64,000 bases of DNA from Glaucostegus cemiculus (GCA_976551045.1 CDPCPM010000233.1:7006001-7070000), one strand, 5' to 3'; numbered from the stretch's first letter, positions 1-12,601 are shown. Made by a program: numbers and translations. The notes: generated from the letters alone by a model not told the origin.

Positions 1-189
1 TTTCATTCAAGTTTTCATACTGGAATTACCATGTTCATGGGTTCAAAAACTATAACCAGCCATTTATCTGGCATAACAAGTTGTGTGCATGTAACTTTCC
101 TTTTCTGATATTTTTAGATACATTCTACTTCCTAATACATTAGAGCTGATTGCTTTTGGTTTAACTATTTGTGCATTTTATACAGGTTT

Positions 190-665
190 GATTGACTTGC
201 ATTTCTATCATACCTTTCAAATCCCTTTCAAGATGTCCTAAAGTACAACACAGCCAATGAATGTCTTTTGAAGTTGAGGCATTACTGTTATGTAGGAAAC
301 CTGGCAACAAATTCATGCGCAATGAGCTCCCACAGCCTGAAAAGTGTGAATATCCAGGTAATCAGACATAAATACATCCTTGATTGAAAGACTGTCCATT
401 GTTGCCACACCAGATTCCAGTTTCAGTGCCTTACATGGAACTTAATTTGGAAGCAAAGTGTAACAATACCTCATGTTGTACCCATGCAACTAAGGACAAT
501 TTTATTTCCTTTGATTTCAGTAGTGCTTAATGGGGGATAAATGTTAGTTGGGACCTTGGGATAATTTGCCACAGGATCTGATCTTTTACATTTACCTGTG
601 AAAGTAAATGGCTTCACTACTTAACGTCATAACCAGGAGGCAAGAACTGTACAGCACTACCTCTG
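190..665 (-). mobile_element. Degenerate Deu-domain SINE (SacSINE1/AmnSINE-like)
   Basis: Reverse complement resembles the Deu core (GAGGTAGTGCTGTACAG...GACGTTAA...CAGGTAAATGTAAAAGATC...ATTTATCCCCC) and a tail ending in ATAGAAATGCAAGTC. Family recognised from memory; boundaries approximate. Confidence 0.55.
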
Positions 666-2086
666 TTTAATGGATTGTTTGCTCTTTTGAACAAACAAAT
701 TTGAAAAAATCTGGGGCAGTATATGTCAAGACTGAGAGTGTTGAGAGAGGGACAGACAGAAAGTAATCACCGTCCTCCAATAGCTGGAAGAAATTTGATG
801 ACCCATTGCTTCATACCTCTGACAGATTTGTTGGCAAGGTCCATGAAACACTGGTGTTTACTGCAGACTAAAATATGAAACTCTGAGGGATAAAGCACAT
901 TCATCCACTAAAGTTCGAGCTGAGCACTTCATATGGAAAAGTATGTACAAGATTATTAATCTATAATGTATTTGTGTCTTTCAAACATTATCTGTGGCAA
1001 AGTAAAAAAGCTGTGATCTCAAGAGGTAGCTTGTGGTTTGTGATAGTTATATTATATTTATTTTTTAGTTTCATTGTAGATCTTTGAAGGTCTATTTAGT
1101 GGTTTCCTTTTACAAGTAGTTGCTTTGGATAATGAGGGAATGTCCTTTTGCTATCCATGGATAATTGATGTTAATGTTACAGTACAGATAATGTGCTTTG
1201 CTGAGATGGAACAAAATATGAGCTTGTGTGAGAAATGGGAAGCATTCATAAAGTGGATAACTATTGTAAGCTACATTTAAAATGTTTCACTTTTGCAAAA
1301 TCATAGAAGTGCATTGCCAAAAAGGCACAGTCAAAATTAAAAGCTAAGCTGCCATCATTCAACTTACTTATTTTCATAAATTATGACATGTAATAACATA
1401 AGGAATTTTGGTAGTGAACAAATAAAAATGATGGAGTATAGTTTCTGTCTTTGGCACAACCAGCAATCCAGGTCGAAATTATACCCAGAGTACCTCTAGC
1501 TTTGAGAACTGATTTTATTTTTCCCTCTAGAAACTGCTCAGATTTATTTCTGTATTAACAAAGACAAAACTAGCTCTGATTGGACAGCACATTACATGCA
1601 ATTTTTTTTTCAAAAATTACTTTAAAAATGTACTTTATTAGTTTTAAAAATAAAAATAGCAGAGTTTGATTAATACAGTGGAATTTTTTTAAAGAAAGTA
1701 CTTTAATAACAATCTGGAACACTATCTATGAGTCACCTGATTTTAAATAACTAAAAATTACCTCAGAAATCTATATTGAACCTTTTGTCAGTTACATTAT
1801 GGCATACTAACCAATTTCTGAAGAAGCCTTAAAAAATTTGCACTTGAGTTCCACAATATTACCATGATTTCATCTGATGTAGATGAATTACACTAACAAA
1901 TATAACTGACCAGAAATTTCAATATATCAATATTGTTAAATATAAACTGGACTAAGTAAGCAAAGAATGTATGTTAATATCAGGTTATTTTGTTCCAAAG
2001 GATATTGAAAGTGACAATATCTGGGTTGGTCTATTGAGAAATTGCTCAATGCAGTCTCTGAGAGACCTCTTCAAGATATCATCTTA

Positions 2087-2588
2087 CAGGCCATCACTGG
2101 GTTACAAACGGGTTCTGTTTATATAAACATCCATAAGTCATTTTTGTTCATAAGACAGAAAATACATAAAATCACTTGATATGGTACCATACTGTCCCTC
2201 ATTTATAAGGGACAATTAACATGGACACTTACTTAATGTCTTCCCCTTCTACTTACAATGGCACAGGATCAGGCGATCCGATGCTTAATGGCTGGTTTTG
2301 ATGGGATTGAAGTATCAGTGCAGGTTACATTGTTTAATAGATATTATTGCAAAGTATCAACAGAAACAATTGCTTATCAATTTCCGAAACAACAATCTTA
2401 AGTGGCCTCTCACAATGAAACAGGCAGCCCATGTAATTAAGAAACAATTTTGTCTGATTAATTCCAGGAGGTTACATGTAAACAGGTTTTTTTTCCAAGA
2501 CTGGTTGCATTTGAATTTAGTCATATTTACGTGAGCTCATTGGTATGAGTGTCCATAAGTTGGCCGTTCGTAATCTAGGGAGAGTCTG
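2087..2588. mobile_element. Old non-autonomous Tc1/mariner (Tigger-like) DNA transposon remnant
   Basis: Imperfect terminal inverted repeats: left TA|CAGGCCATCACTGGGTTACAAACGG; right end reverse complement CAGACTCTCCCTAGATTACGAACGG. Left flank is TA, right flank is CA (possibly a mutated TA). Confidence 0.45.
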
Positions 2589-3398
2589 CATACTTTATTT
2601 CCAAATTTGACCAGCCATGATATAACTTTATATTTTTTGGACCAGTGCTTCACTCCCTCAGATAGCCAAGCCATTATTCTTGTTTTAAGTAGTTGTTCTT
2701 TTGGAGTACATTACAGCTGGCAAACACTGATCTTAATTAGTAACCTCCAGTACATGTTTTATGCTGTGCTCCTAATGAGTGATTTACCATAATCACTTGC
2801 TGGCAAGTAGAGATAGAAGTCTGTGATTATGCAATAAATTAATCTCAGGAAAAATATACAATTTTATATGCATGATAAAGCAATGGGTAACTGTGGTAAT
2901 TGAAAAATAAAACTGCAACTACTGGAAAACCTGAAATTAAAAAAAAAATGCTGGAAATACTCAGCAGGTCAATGTAAAGAAATATCATTTTAGATTGAAG
3001 ACCCTTCCTCTAGCTTCATTTTTATCCATGAACAATGTGTACTGCTGTTGGGAAGTTAATCAATTCTCATTTGGATCAACAGATTTCTAGATATTAAAAG
3101 ATACATGGGATGGGAGAATAATGCAAGGAAATAGTGCTGAAGTAAAATGTTGCCAAGATTTTGTTAAATAGGGGAGCTGTATGTTCTCAATCTGCCCCGC
3201 CTCTTTTATCCTTTTCACTGTTCAGTAAATACACAATTTTGTAAAAGTTTTGGTGAAGAAATTTGAATTTATGAAAACATCAGTAGGTATGTGTTATTGA
3301 TATAGGTTCCACCACTTTTAACTAACTTAACTAAGTGGAAAAGTGAAAGTTCAAAGCAGATCACAGAAGTTAAGACAGGTTGGTGTTTTGTGTTTGGT

Positions 3399-3414
3399 TG
3401 CTGCCACCTAGTGG
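3399..3414 (-). promoter_or_regulatory. CTCF-binding motif
   Basis: Minus strand reads CCACTAGGTGGCAGCA, a very close match to the CTCF core consensus CCASYAGRKGGCRS. Confidence 0.6.
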
Positions 3415-3763
3415 ATTTCATCCTTATTCTGTACATATTATAAATTGAACTGATATTACTGAGCTGAATGTGACTAAGGTGGGTAAATATTTTATCTGGT
3501 TTCTGTTACTAGGACACATCCTCAATTAGAAAAGGATAGTATTAAACTAAATAAATGTACAAGTGGTCAGGGGCATTGACCTTAAAGAAATTACAGAAAG
3601 TAATTGCAATTTGCGGTTTTATTGCATCAGAAGATTCCTGTACAGGGTAATAAGGTCTATTAACAATTTACCTCTGAATACATACCTCCGAACAACTGTC
3701 TTCACTTTTGGTCTCCACTAAAATCGTACTGAAATAGTAGTCAGCACATGGTTACAGAGCTTT

Positions 3764-3838
3764 TAGAACATAGAACATAGAACAATACAGCACAGAACAG
3801 GCCCTTCGGCCCATCAAGCTGCGCCATCCTACAAACAT
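3764..3838 (-). mobile_element. Ultra-short 5'-truncated CR1 LINE 3' end, same family as 21331-23757
   Basis: Reverse complement ATGTTTGTAGGATGGCGCAGCTTGATGGGCCGAAGGGCCTGTTCTGTGCTGTATTGTTCTA(TGTTCTA)2 differs by one base from 23672-23733 before the tail. Confidence 0.9.
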
Positions 3839-3984
3839 TTTGTTGTATAAATGGCTTGATACATTATTCTGATGCAACCCACTTTAAGATTTCAAGATTA
3901 GATACATGATTAGTTAAATTAGCTGAGTAGATAGATAGAGAAACAAATAGAGAGACAGCTGGACAGATAGCTAGACAGATAACA

Positions 3985-4320
3985 GTGGCAGCACAGTTAC
4001 TTATCCATTGCTTCACAGCTCCAGTGACCCAAGTTCAATCTTGAACTCGACTGCTGTCTGTGTGCAGCTTGCTTGTTGTCTGTATGTCAGTGTGAGTTTC
4101 CTCTGGGTGCTCCAGTTTCCTCTGACATCCCAAACACTTGCAAGTCAGGAGATTAATTAGCCTGCGTAAATTGCCCCTAGTTTGTAGGTGAGTGGTTGAA
4201 CCTGGGGAGAGTTTAAGGAAACGTGGGGAGGTTAGGTTCCAAGGAAAATTAGTGAGAAATGGAATTGCTCTGTGAACTGGCGTAGACTTGATGGGCCAAA
4301 GAGTCTACCATCTATGTCAT
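3985..4320 (+). mobile_element. tRNA-derived V-SINE (HE1-like)
   Basis: tRNA-like head with B-box-like GTTCAATC, V-domain GTTTCCTCTGGGTGCTCCAGTTTCCTC..ACATCCCAAA, and CR1-like tail GACTTGATGGGCCAAAG. Confidence 0.8.
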
Positions 4321-5048
4321 AAAGAAATATTAAAATTGAAGGTAGATCCTATTTTACTGCAGTTTTATTGCCTGCATATGATCAGAAGATTCTTGTACAG
4401 CATTATAAAATCTACTAACAATTTGCCATATTAAAATGGTTAGTGTCTCAATGCTACCAAAAGTTTTTGGCATGCAGAAGAGGTTCTAGTCATCTGGACG
4501 AGTTGAACAAGTGTTCAAAATCATTCATGTATTCGGTTCCACAACATAAATTAAAACAGCAGATCATTGAATGTTGAGGTAATATGAATTTGTAGTTTGC
4601 AAGGTTTAAAATTGTACATTATTAAAAATGCTAAATAACTGCATTTTAAGTTCATTTTTTTATTACTTTGATTGTTCCTAATTTGGTACCTTTTATTTGG
4701 CACAAAGATGATGGACTTAATGGCCTTACTCTGCTACAAGATTTTCTTCATTTAGGCCAATTACTCACACTGGAAACAGATAGATTACCTTCATGAAACA
4801 GATACTCACAAAATAGTGGAGCAATTTACTAACATCCTTATTCTTCATGAACATGCTAAAATTCCCACTTACTCCTAACTATTCATAACTTCAACATACC
4901 ATGTAGATTTAAGTTATTATCTGTATTTCACCGAACTCAAATATGTCAATACAACATCTTTTAAGTGATATGTATTTTCTTGGCACATTTCAGTATCATT
5001 TAATTTTACACTTGCAAATAAATAAATTAACTTATTTGGTTCATTTTC

Positions 5049-5156
5049 TATAAAAGTCATGTTGAAGTATTATGTTTAGTACCATCGAAAATTTTGGGCA
5101 AAGATTCATGTGTTACTCTCCTGTCTCTTGAAAAGGTTTACAAGTTTTACAAACAG
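5049..5156 (+). promoter_or_regulatory. IGFN1: Candidate TATA box and non-coding first exon of IGFN1
   Basis: TATAAAAG at 5049-5056, with donor-like ACAG|GTAAAA about 100 nt downstream (GT at 5157). The ATG exon has its own acceptor at 7985-7986, so an upstream exon is expected. The location is inferred. Confidence 0.35.
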
Positions 5157-6229
5157 GTAAAATGAAAAGATTAGTCAAAGTATGTGTGGATCTCAGAAGC
5201 AGATTAGGAAGAAACCATAATGGGGAATAAACAAGTGCCAGGGCAAAGGCCTAAGCATTGCTGGAGTGGTTTCTCATGCACACTTCACTCTTACTCTGAC
5301 TGGGTCCCTAGCTAGTTCCGATCTGATTGAGAAGGCCAAGAATTACACAGGGCTTTGCAATTGTAAATCTACAAGGAATGTCCTTGAGCTGAACTGGATG
5401 TCAAAACTGTCAAGAACTTGAATCATCATAAATATCTCTGACAAGTGAATGCCTTTGGTACAACCAAAGATAGTGTAAAGCATGGTGATGCCACAAAGCT
5501 AGGCGAAAAAGTAACCGAGAGGAAGACATAAAAAGGCTTCCTAAAGAATGTAAACTGGTGAAGTAGATTCTCAAGTCCATAATCTTTTCTCAATAAAGTT
5601 TCTTCATTTAAGTCCATTCTTTCTGTGTCCTAAATTTGCCACATTGTGTATTATGTAGCAGGTATATGTAACATTAATCTCCTAACCAAAATTAAACAGA
5701 TTAATGCCACTTCCCAACTCTTGGTTAATAGACCTGCATGTTATGACTGTGACAGTTATCATTCATCACTTCGAATTCACATTTTATTTCTATTTCTATT
5801 TCTCTTTCTGTATCTTATTTAACATTAAATTCATCCTTCACCCTCAGTCGTTGTGTGGTCAGTTTCCTGATCCTTTGATCTGATTGGTTGAGAAGTTGCA
5901 GCCCTGCTTACACAGAGCATTAGTTTATTGCAGAATGTAGAATGATGTTTCTATCTTTCTCCTCCAGCAAATTCTAGTGGAAAATATTATCGCTGTTAAA
6001 CAGATGAGCTTACTCCTAAAAGTTCAAACGTCCAGTTATAGCTTCGATCCAGTTTGCAACAAAACTGTGCTAAAAGAAAATCTAAATTCCAGCACTTCCC
6101 ACATGTGTTCAAAGAGCATTGTAGTTAAACAAATCTTAGCACCTCAGGCTAATATGCACAGCAGTGATTATGAACTGCGGAATTTCAGGCAACCTTGAGG
6201 AAATAGTACTTTGATAGATAAAATTCAAC

Positions 6230-7070
6230 AGGTCTTGACTTCTTTTTAAAACACTGGGGTGCCTCATCCAGAATAGTGTGTTCAGTGCTGATAGCCTCAT
6301 GAAAGGAAGAGTGCAGAATCATTGGACAGAGTTCAGAGGAAATTTCCTGGGATGAGGGACTACAGACACAAGGATAAATTGGAGAGGCTGGAACTTTTTT
6401 AGGGAAGGTTAAGAGAGATTTGAAAGTACTATACAAAATAATGCAAAGGCTGGACTGAGTGGACAATGGAAGGTTGTTCCCATTGAAGTAACAATTGAGG
6501 ACTACGATCGCAAGTAATAAAGAAATAAGAGTATAACTTTTTTATGCAGCATTTGGTTGGACTATGGATTGTACTGCTTGCAGATGAGGTGAGGTGGCAT
6601 CTATCATTAAGGACCCCCACTACTCGGGACATGCCATCTTCATGTTACTACCATCGAGGAGGAGCTACAGGAACCTGAATACACACACTCAACGATTCAG
6701 AAACAGCTTCTTCCCTCTGCCATCAGATTTTTGAATGGTCCATGAACCCATGAACACTACTTCATTATTCCTCCTTTGTACAATTTATTTATTTTTGTAA
6801 CTTATGTTAATTTTTATGTCTTTATGTCTTGCACTGTACTGCTGCCACAAAACAACAAATTTCATGACCTACGATAATAAACCTGATTCTGATTCCACAG
6901 TGACCTTTAAGAGGGAATTAAATAGATACATGATGAGGAAATATTTGCAAGGTCCTGAAGAAGGGGCCAGGGGAGCAGCAGGCAATGGAACTAGTGAGCT
7001 GCTGTGGTAGAGTTGGTGTGGACCAGGGCATTGAATGACCTCTTTCTCTACTGTAACCACTCTTTGATTC
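6230..7070 (+). mobile_element. Degenerate CR1 LINE 3' fragment, interrupted by a Rex1/Babar insertion
   Basis: CR1-type ORF2 C-terminal and 3'UTR sequence (GGAAGGTTAAGAGAGATTTGAAAG...; CCTTTAAGAGGGAATTAAATAGATACATG...) lies on both sides of 6591-6895. Confidence 0.7.
6591..6895 (+). mobile_element. Rex1/Babar LINE 3' end
   Basis: Encodes a decayed ASIIKDPH..GHAIF.LLPSRRSYRNL.THTQRFRNSFFP.AIRFLN C-terminus, followed by AATAAA and a (CTGATT)n tail. Confidence 0.8.
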
Positions 7071-7714
7071 AATAATTTGTTCTATGATTGTTCTGTAATA
7101 TAAATAGAAAACATTTCATTAGTGATGGACTACTTGCAATTACTTCACCAAGGTCTTGGATGCATAAAGGTGTAGGTGTCATATGACCTTCAACAAGGAA
7201 AACAGGGAACCTCTCAACCACTTGCAAAGTATTTTGTTCAATCAATAGGCATGTGGCTCCTGAAATGAGTCATTTAAGTATTTATATTACCCAATGCACT
7301 ACATATTGATGATTTCTGATATAACCTTGAAGTGTCATTCTCTGAGAATAAGTTGAAATGGATCACTGCATTTGTATTGAAGATGTCAGTGTTTTGATAA
7401 TTGTGCAATAAGAACCAGGATTTCCCTTCGTTCAAAACATTAGTCCTCTTAGTGGCACTTATATTCAAAATAAGTTCTCTGTTAATCTTACAACTTCCAT
7501 GTCTTAACATTAAGAATAAATGTTAACAGTAACAATGAGGACGTTATCTGATGAGTCTCATTCGAGAACAGGCCCAAGAACAGTAATTCCAACTTTCAAT
7601 CCTGGCCCAGTATAAGTAGGAAGTGGAGAGGACTGAGAGAAACAAGAAAGTTTAAAAAGATGTTAAGCATATCTGGTGGTTTTGCATCTGTGACTGGGGT
7701 ATGATTGCAAAAGA

Positions 7715-7840
7715 GTTTGCCATTGCTCAGTTGGTAGCACTCCCCCCTCTGACTCAATCCCATTCCAGAACATGGAAATCTTGCCGAAACTCAGTGCAGT
7801 GATGAGAGAGTGTAGCATTGTTGGAGAGGTGCTGTCCTTC
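7715..7840 (+). mobile_element. 5' fragment of a tRNA/Deu-SINE
   Basis: A-box-like TTGCTCAGTTGGTAGCAC followed by Deu-like CAGTGCAGTGATGAGAGAGTGTAGCATTGTTGGAG. Confidence 0.5.
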
Positions 7841-8032
7841 AAATACTTAAGTTTATGTGTAGTTATCAAAACAATAACATTCTTCAATGCAAACACAGTG
7901 ATCCATTTAAAATTATTCTTCAAGGCTTTATCGGAAATAGTTTCATAAAACCTGATAATGATATATTACTTTCTTTCAATTAACAGCTTTGAATCATAAT
8001 CTTTTGAGAAAGTTGAAAACGAGAGGCAAACC

Positions 8033-8078
8033 ATGGACAAGAAAGTTATTAATCAAGCAGCTAAAAGCTCTGCACCAG
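8033..8078 (+). CDS. IGFN1: IGFN1 coding exon 1 (MDKKVINQAAKSSAP); exon starts at 7987 with 5'UTR
   Basis: Acceptor TTTCAATTAACAG (AG 7985-86), strong Kozak AAACCATGG, donor G|GTAAAT. Phase 1 joins exon 2 in frame. Confidence 0.75.
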
Positions 8079-9062
8079 GTAAATCCTTTTAGTTTTTGAT
8101 AGCATGCATTCTTTTAGTGCAAGAATGAAGAAGTTTTAAAAGTTTCCAAAAATCATCATGTATATCCCACGTAGGTATTTTTAAAATGCGATTTTGCTGC
8201 AGACGAGTTACATTGAACCCAGGTCAATTCCAAACTACTGGCCTATGTACTGGAGAGAATCTCCCATTTCCACATTGCAGCTATCAGCTATCAAGTGACT
8301 GATCTGATTACTGAGTCTGCCAACTTTGCAGTTGATTCACGCAAAGTGACTTTCTCTCACTGCTTGGATGAATATGATCAAAGCTTCTTTCCTTAATGAT
8401 TAAATGGCAAAATATTGTGCTTCAAGTATCTTATTTTTGCTCAGTTCTATGATCAAATCATGATCCCATCATGGCATCTAATTACTTTTTAAATGATTCC
8501 CTGGTTGTTCTCTGCATAATGATACCTACAGATCCATTCCATATGTTTTATCACTTTCAATATGCAAAGCTATCTGTTTTCATTCCTACATTTCCCTTGT
8601 CTTATATGAAGATGTATCCTCATACTTTAGTTCAATGCTATTTTGGTTTTCCATATTTTCTTGAACTTCATGCTGTAACTTCTCAGTCACTGATCTTGAA
8701 GGTTAAAAACTTCAAGTTTCTAGCTAGGATGATTAGTATTAAGTCTCCCTAACAATAATAGATCTAAGCATAAGATCCAGGAGATTCACAATGTTATCAG
8801 TTCTGCTTATCTACTCTAATTCCCATGAACCAACATGAATGATTTCTGCATTTATCACTATTTCATTTGTGGTAGTATAAAGGTCGATTTGGAAGTCAGG
8901 GCAATGTGCACAGTACTATGTCAATGCTTGTGAGTGGTTCCCAATAATTTGAAAGCCAGTTTCCCAAGGAAAATAAGAGTGAGTCGTTAATTAAAAAGAA
9001 ACCCTTTACCAAAATAAAAACTACAAGGTTCTGTTTTTGTTTTCTCTTGTTGAAACCTGTAG

Positions 9063-9185
9063 GTGTCAAGATAAAAAAATCATCGGTTCCAGGAGTCACA
9101 CTGGTCGAATATACAGAAAATATCCCAGAAGGATGTAGTCCACCTGACATTGAACGCCGACCAATCTCACTGACTATGCAGGAGG
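9063..9185 (+). CDS. IGFN1: IGFN1 coding exon 2 (GVKIKKSSVPGVTLVEYTENIPEGCSPPDIERRPISLTMQE)
   Basis: CTGTAG acceptor, G|GTAAGG donor; IGFN1-type N-terminal motif IPEGCSxPDxExxP. Confidence 0.92.
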
Positions 9186-10241
9186 GTAAGGAAATAAAGA
9201 AGTTGTGAGAGTTCTGATGTGTCCTTGTATCTTTAGAGACAATTCTCCTTCAGAAAATCTTCTCTAAATCTCAACCTACCTGTGGCTACATTTTCACTGC
9301 CGGTTTATCAGTGGTGCAATATGATTTGGAGATCATGATGACACTCAGTTGATAGCATGAACCCGAATTTCTGGGCAACAGAAAGAAGTAGAGTAAGACT
9401 GCCTTTTTTTGAAGCTGAGTGGATTGTGACAGAGTATAAATTGGTGAGAGATTAGAGCCACTAATAGTATTCTCCTGAATAACAGAGAAGGGGACAATAA
9501 TATTGTTGAAATGAATGATGGGTTTGGATTAAATAAGGAAATTCTATTTCCACCGGCAGGACCTACCCAAGGATACAGATTCAAAATAACTGACAGTAAA
9601 CCTAGAAGTGATATGAGGAGACATTTTTAAAAAATTCATTGAGTTTATGAGAATCCGCAAGGTGATATGTGATCTGCAAGGTTGGTGTAACCTGATTTAA
9701 TTGTAGCTTTCAAACTGCATTTTGACATAGAATTGAAAAGCAAAAGCATGACAGGTAATGGAGTGAGCCAAGGAGTGGAAGGTCGAGTGGGAGGAGTGGC
9801 TTCCTACCCTACAGTATCCTGTAACCCTGTAGCTTTGCAGTCTAGATTTGATGCTGTGCTGGAGTAATCAAGGGTCAGTCATTAAACACTCCCATTACTG
9901 ACATAGCATCTCCTACCAAGCTGAGAGTCGCTGAACTGTCAATGTCTAGGTAAACAAAAATGTACAAAACAATGGGATGATACCATTTGCTGTGATCTCA
10001 CATGCAACACTTTATTCGTTTCCCACTCTTCAGAATGTGGAGTGGAAACTGAAAAAAAAGTTGACTGTGAACAAATACTCCTGCTTATCCTACCTTTAAC
10101 ATAAATATCTGCCATTGAATCCAGACCAGTCTGGAGTATCCATAAATGTAATCATTATTTACATACTGCAATGAAACTCCAATGATTTTTTTTGTCTTTT
10201 GGAAGTAGTTTAATTAACATATGTTAACACTTCTTCAAAAG

Positions 10242-10381
10242 GTAAAAGTGCTAATTTTAAAGCACTCGTACGAGGAAATCCAAAGCCTACTGTAGTCTGG
10301 ACCTTCAAAGAGAAAAATCTAACAAATGATAATAATTACAAGATCTACCAAGACACGGTTACACAAGAGCACATTTTGCAG
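10242..10381 (+). CDS. IGFN1: IGFN1 coding exon 3, first half of Ig domain (GKSANFKALVRGNPKPTVVW...EHILQ)
   Basis: AAAG acceptor, CAG|GTATGA donor, I-set Ig motif GxPxPxVxW, phase 1 to 0. Confidence 0.93.
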
Positions 10382-11661
10382 GTATGACTTGTACTTTGTT
10401 TAATAAATGTTTCTATGATTCCTCTGTGTCTCTGTAAATACTTGCAGTTTGGCATGTGCAAAACCATGATGTATTATCAACTTCTATTTTGTTAATGAGA
10501 GCATTGGCCTGCTAAATACATAGTTAAGTTGGAATGTAGATATCACTGGCTGCTTACGATGGACCTCCCATAGAGTACCGATTATTATTATAGTTATTTT
10601 TTTTATAATAGACTATATTGCTCCTGGGACAAACTATTACAAAGTGTCAACTAGCTACTTGCAATACTTAGTCTTAAAACTGCTAATGCAGTGGCCACTG
10701 TATTTCTACAGGAGCTCATGTTTTCTTCCATTTTATCGCACTAACAATATCACAGAACCAGTTGTACATCATATGTAGACAATCCATGTTGAGCAAATGT
10801 TTCGCTGGAGTTTTACGGTCCTATCAATCGATTAACTGAAACTCAGCAAGTGAAGTAATTCCTAGCTTTCTTTAAAATCAAAAACAGCTCTTCAGCAAAT
10901 CTTTATTGCAATGCAATAGGAAAGTGTTGGCTTTCCTTTTTCCTGAACAATGTAGTTGACATCCTTTTCTGTGTGAAGACAGAATATACAGAACAGAATC
11001 AAAATAGTAATTTCAGTCTACCTCCCAACTTACAAAATGCCCTCCAAAACAACCACAAGGACACATGGAAAGCTTTTTTTTATCAAATCTGCACATGGCC
11101 AAACAATAAAACATATGATCTAAGCAGAAAATGTTGGAGGTACTCAGCAGGTCAGATGGACTACCCAACAAGAGTAGAGTTAATATTCCAGGTAGATCAT
11201 TCATCAGAATAAAATAAGTTTAAGCTATTTAATTTTTATTTAAAGAAATGTATCTGGTGCTTCATCCAAAATTCGCTGAATTCTAGGGTGAGTTTAATTG
11301 GTATAACAATAAGTAACTTTTTTTATCTACCTGCTCAAATATTCATGAATTTTCTATTTTATATGTATCTTGCCAATACTGAAATCTGACATCAAAAATG
11401 TACTTACTTTTATTCCGAAGCACACAGTCTTTACTATTTGACTGCAAAAACTACCATTTTACTTTTTACACTGAGAATAACATGCAAGTTTCAACAGTAG
11501 TTTTTACAATCTGTGCAATCCTCTCACCTCTTCATGGGTCATAGCCAATGGGTTGAGAACCATTCACCAAGTTTGCAGTGACAGTTAAACCATCTGAATA
11601 TGATGCAGGAAATTGTATAAACGTTTCCAAAATGGAGTAATTCATTGTGTTATTATTTAAG

Positions 11662-11761
11662 GTAAAACAACTGACTACAGAGGATGCTGGTTCCTATAAG
11701 TGCATCTTTTCTAATGAATATGGAGAAGCCAGGTGTGTAACAAATCTGAATATTATAGAAG
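11662..11761 (+). CDS. IGFN1: IGFN1 coding exon 4, second half of Ig domain (VKQLTTEDAGSYKCIFSNEYGEARCVTNLNIIE)
   Basis: DxGxYxC..NxxG motif; TTAAG acceptor, G|GTGAGA donor. Confidence 0.93.
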
Positions 11762-12559
11762 GTGAGAATCTATCATAATGCCTCTAAGGCTAGAAGTAAA
11801 CAGCTTGAATTAACACTTAAAATATATATAAGCAATCGTCAATACTTCTGCGTTGTTCTGATCACTACTCCCAGTACTACTACTAACTGGAGTTTTTTCC
11901 AGCACCAAAAGAAGGAAAAATATGAAAAACAATTACATGATTTAAATTATACCCCGAATGATGAACCCTTTATGATCACTAATGATCTTTAGCTAAGGAC
12001 ACTTGTTTTATCCCATTCTGTCTTCCATCTTTGAGGGTAATTTAACTACCCCCTGAAATGACCTAGTATGTGCAATAAATAATATTGGAGTTTGAAAAGT
12101 GAGTGTAAACAGAAATATCAAGATATGTGAATATATCAGAACAGAGAGATATGATAAATAATGCCATTTCTAAAACTAATTCAATTACTTATGAATGACA
12201 AAGTTGGAAGAAAGTCATGTGCAATCCTGCATCCACAACAGAATTGCATGATCCATTCCCAAAATTTAAAATTTTCCAAGTTTTACTGGAATCATCAAGG
12301 CTTTATTTGTTTGCAATTGTAACATAGCTGGGAAAGGCTGAAATATGATCAATTCATATTTTCAAACATGAGAAATAGAAGGAGATGCAGACAATTCAGC
12401 CCCTTGTGCCTCCTGCACCGTTTAAATGGATCTTGGCTTATCTTTTACCTCAGTGCCACCTTCTTGAACTAACCTCAGACATTTTTGTTTTTCTTCCAAT
12501 GTCATTTTTTGTATATTAATTCATGCATTTATCTTCTCTGTTGACATGAATATAATCAG

Positions 12560-12601
12560 TTGGCTTCAAGAAGAAACTTAAAAAACCTGGAGAAATAAAA
12601 G
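12560..12601 (+). CDS. IGFN1: IGFN1 coding exon 5, 42-nt mini-exon (VGFKKKLKKPGEIK)
   Basis: ATCAG acceptor, G|GTGAGC donor, phase 1-1, in frame with neighbours. Confidence 0.8.

Noticed and set aside
1650-1660. MEF2-like AT-rich sites (ATAAAAATAG here, CTATATTTAA at 41419)
   Set aside because: Imperfect or isolated matches are expected by chance in this AT-rich sequence.
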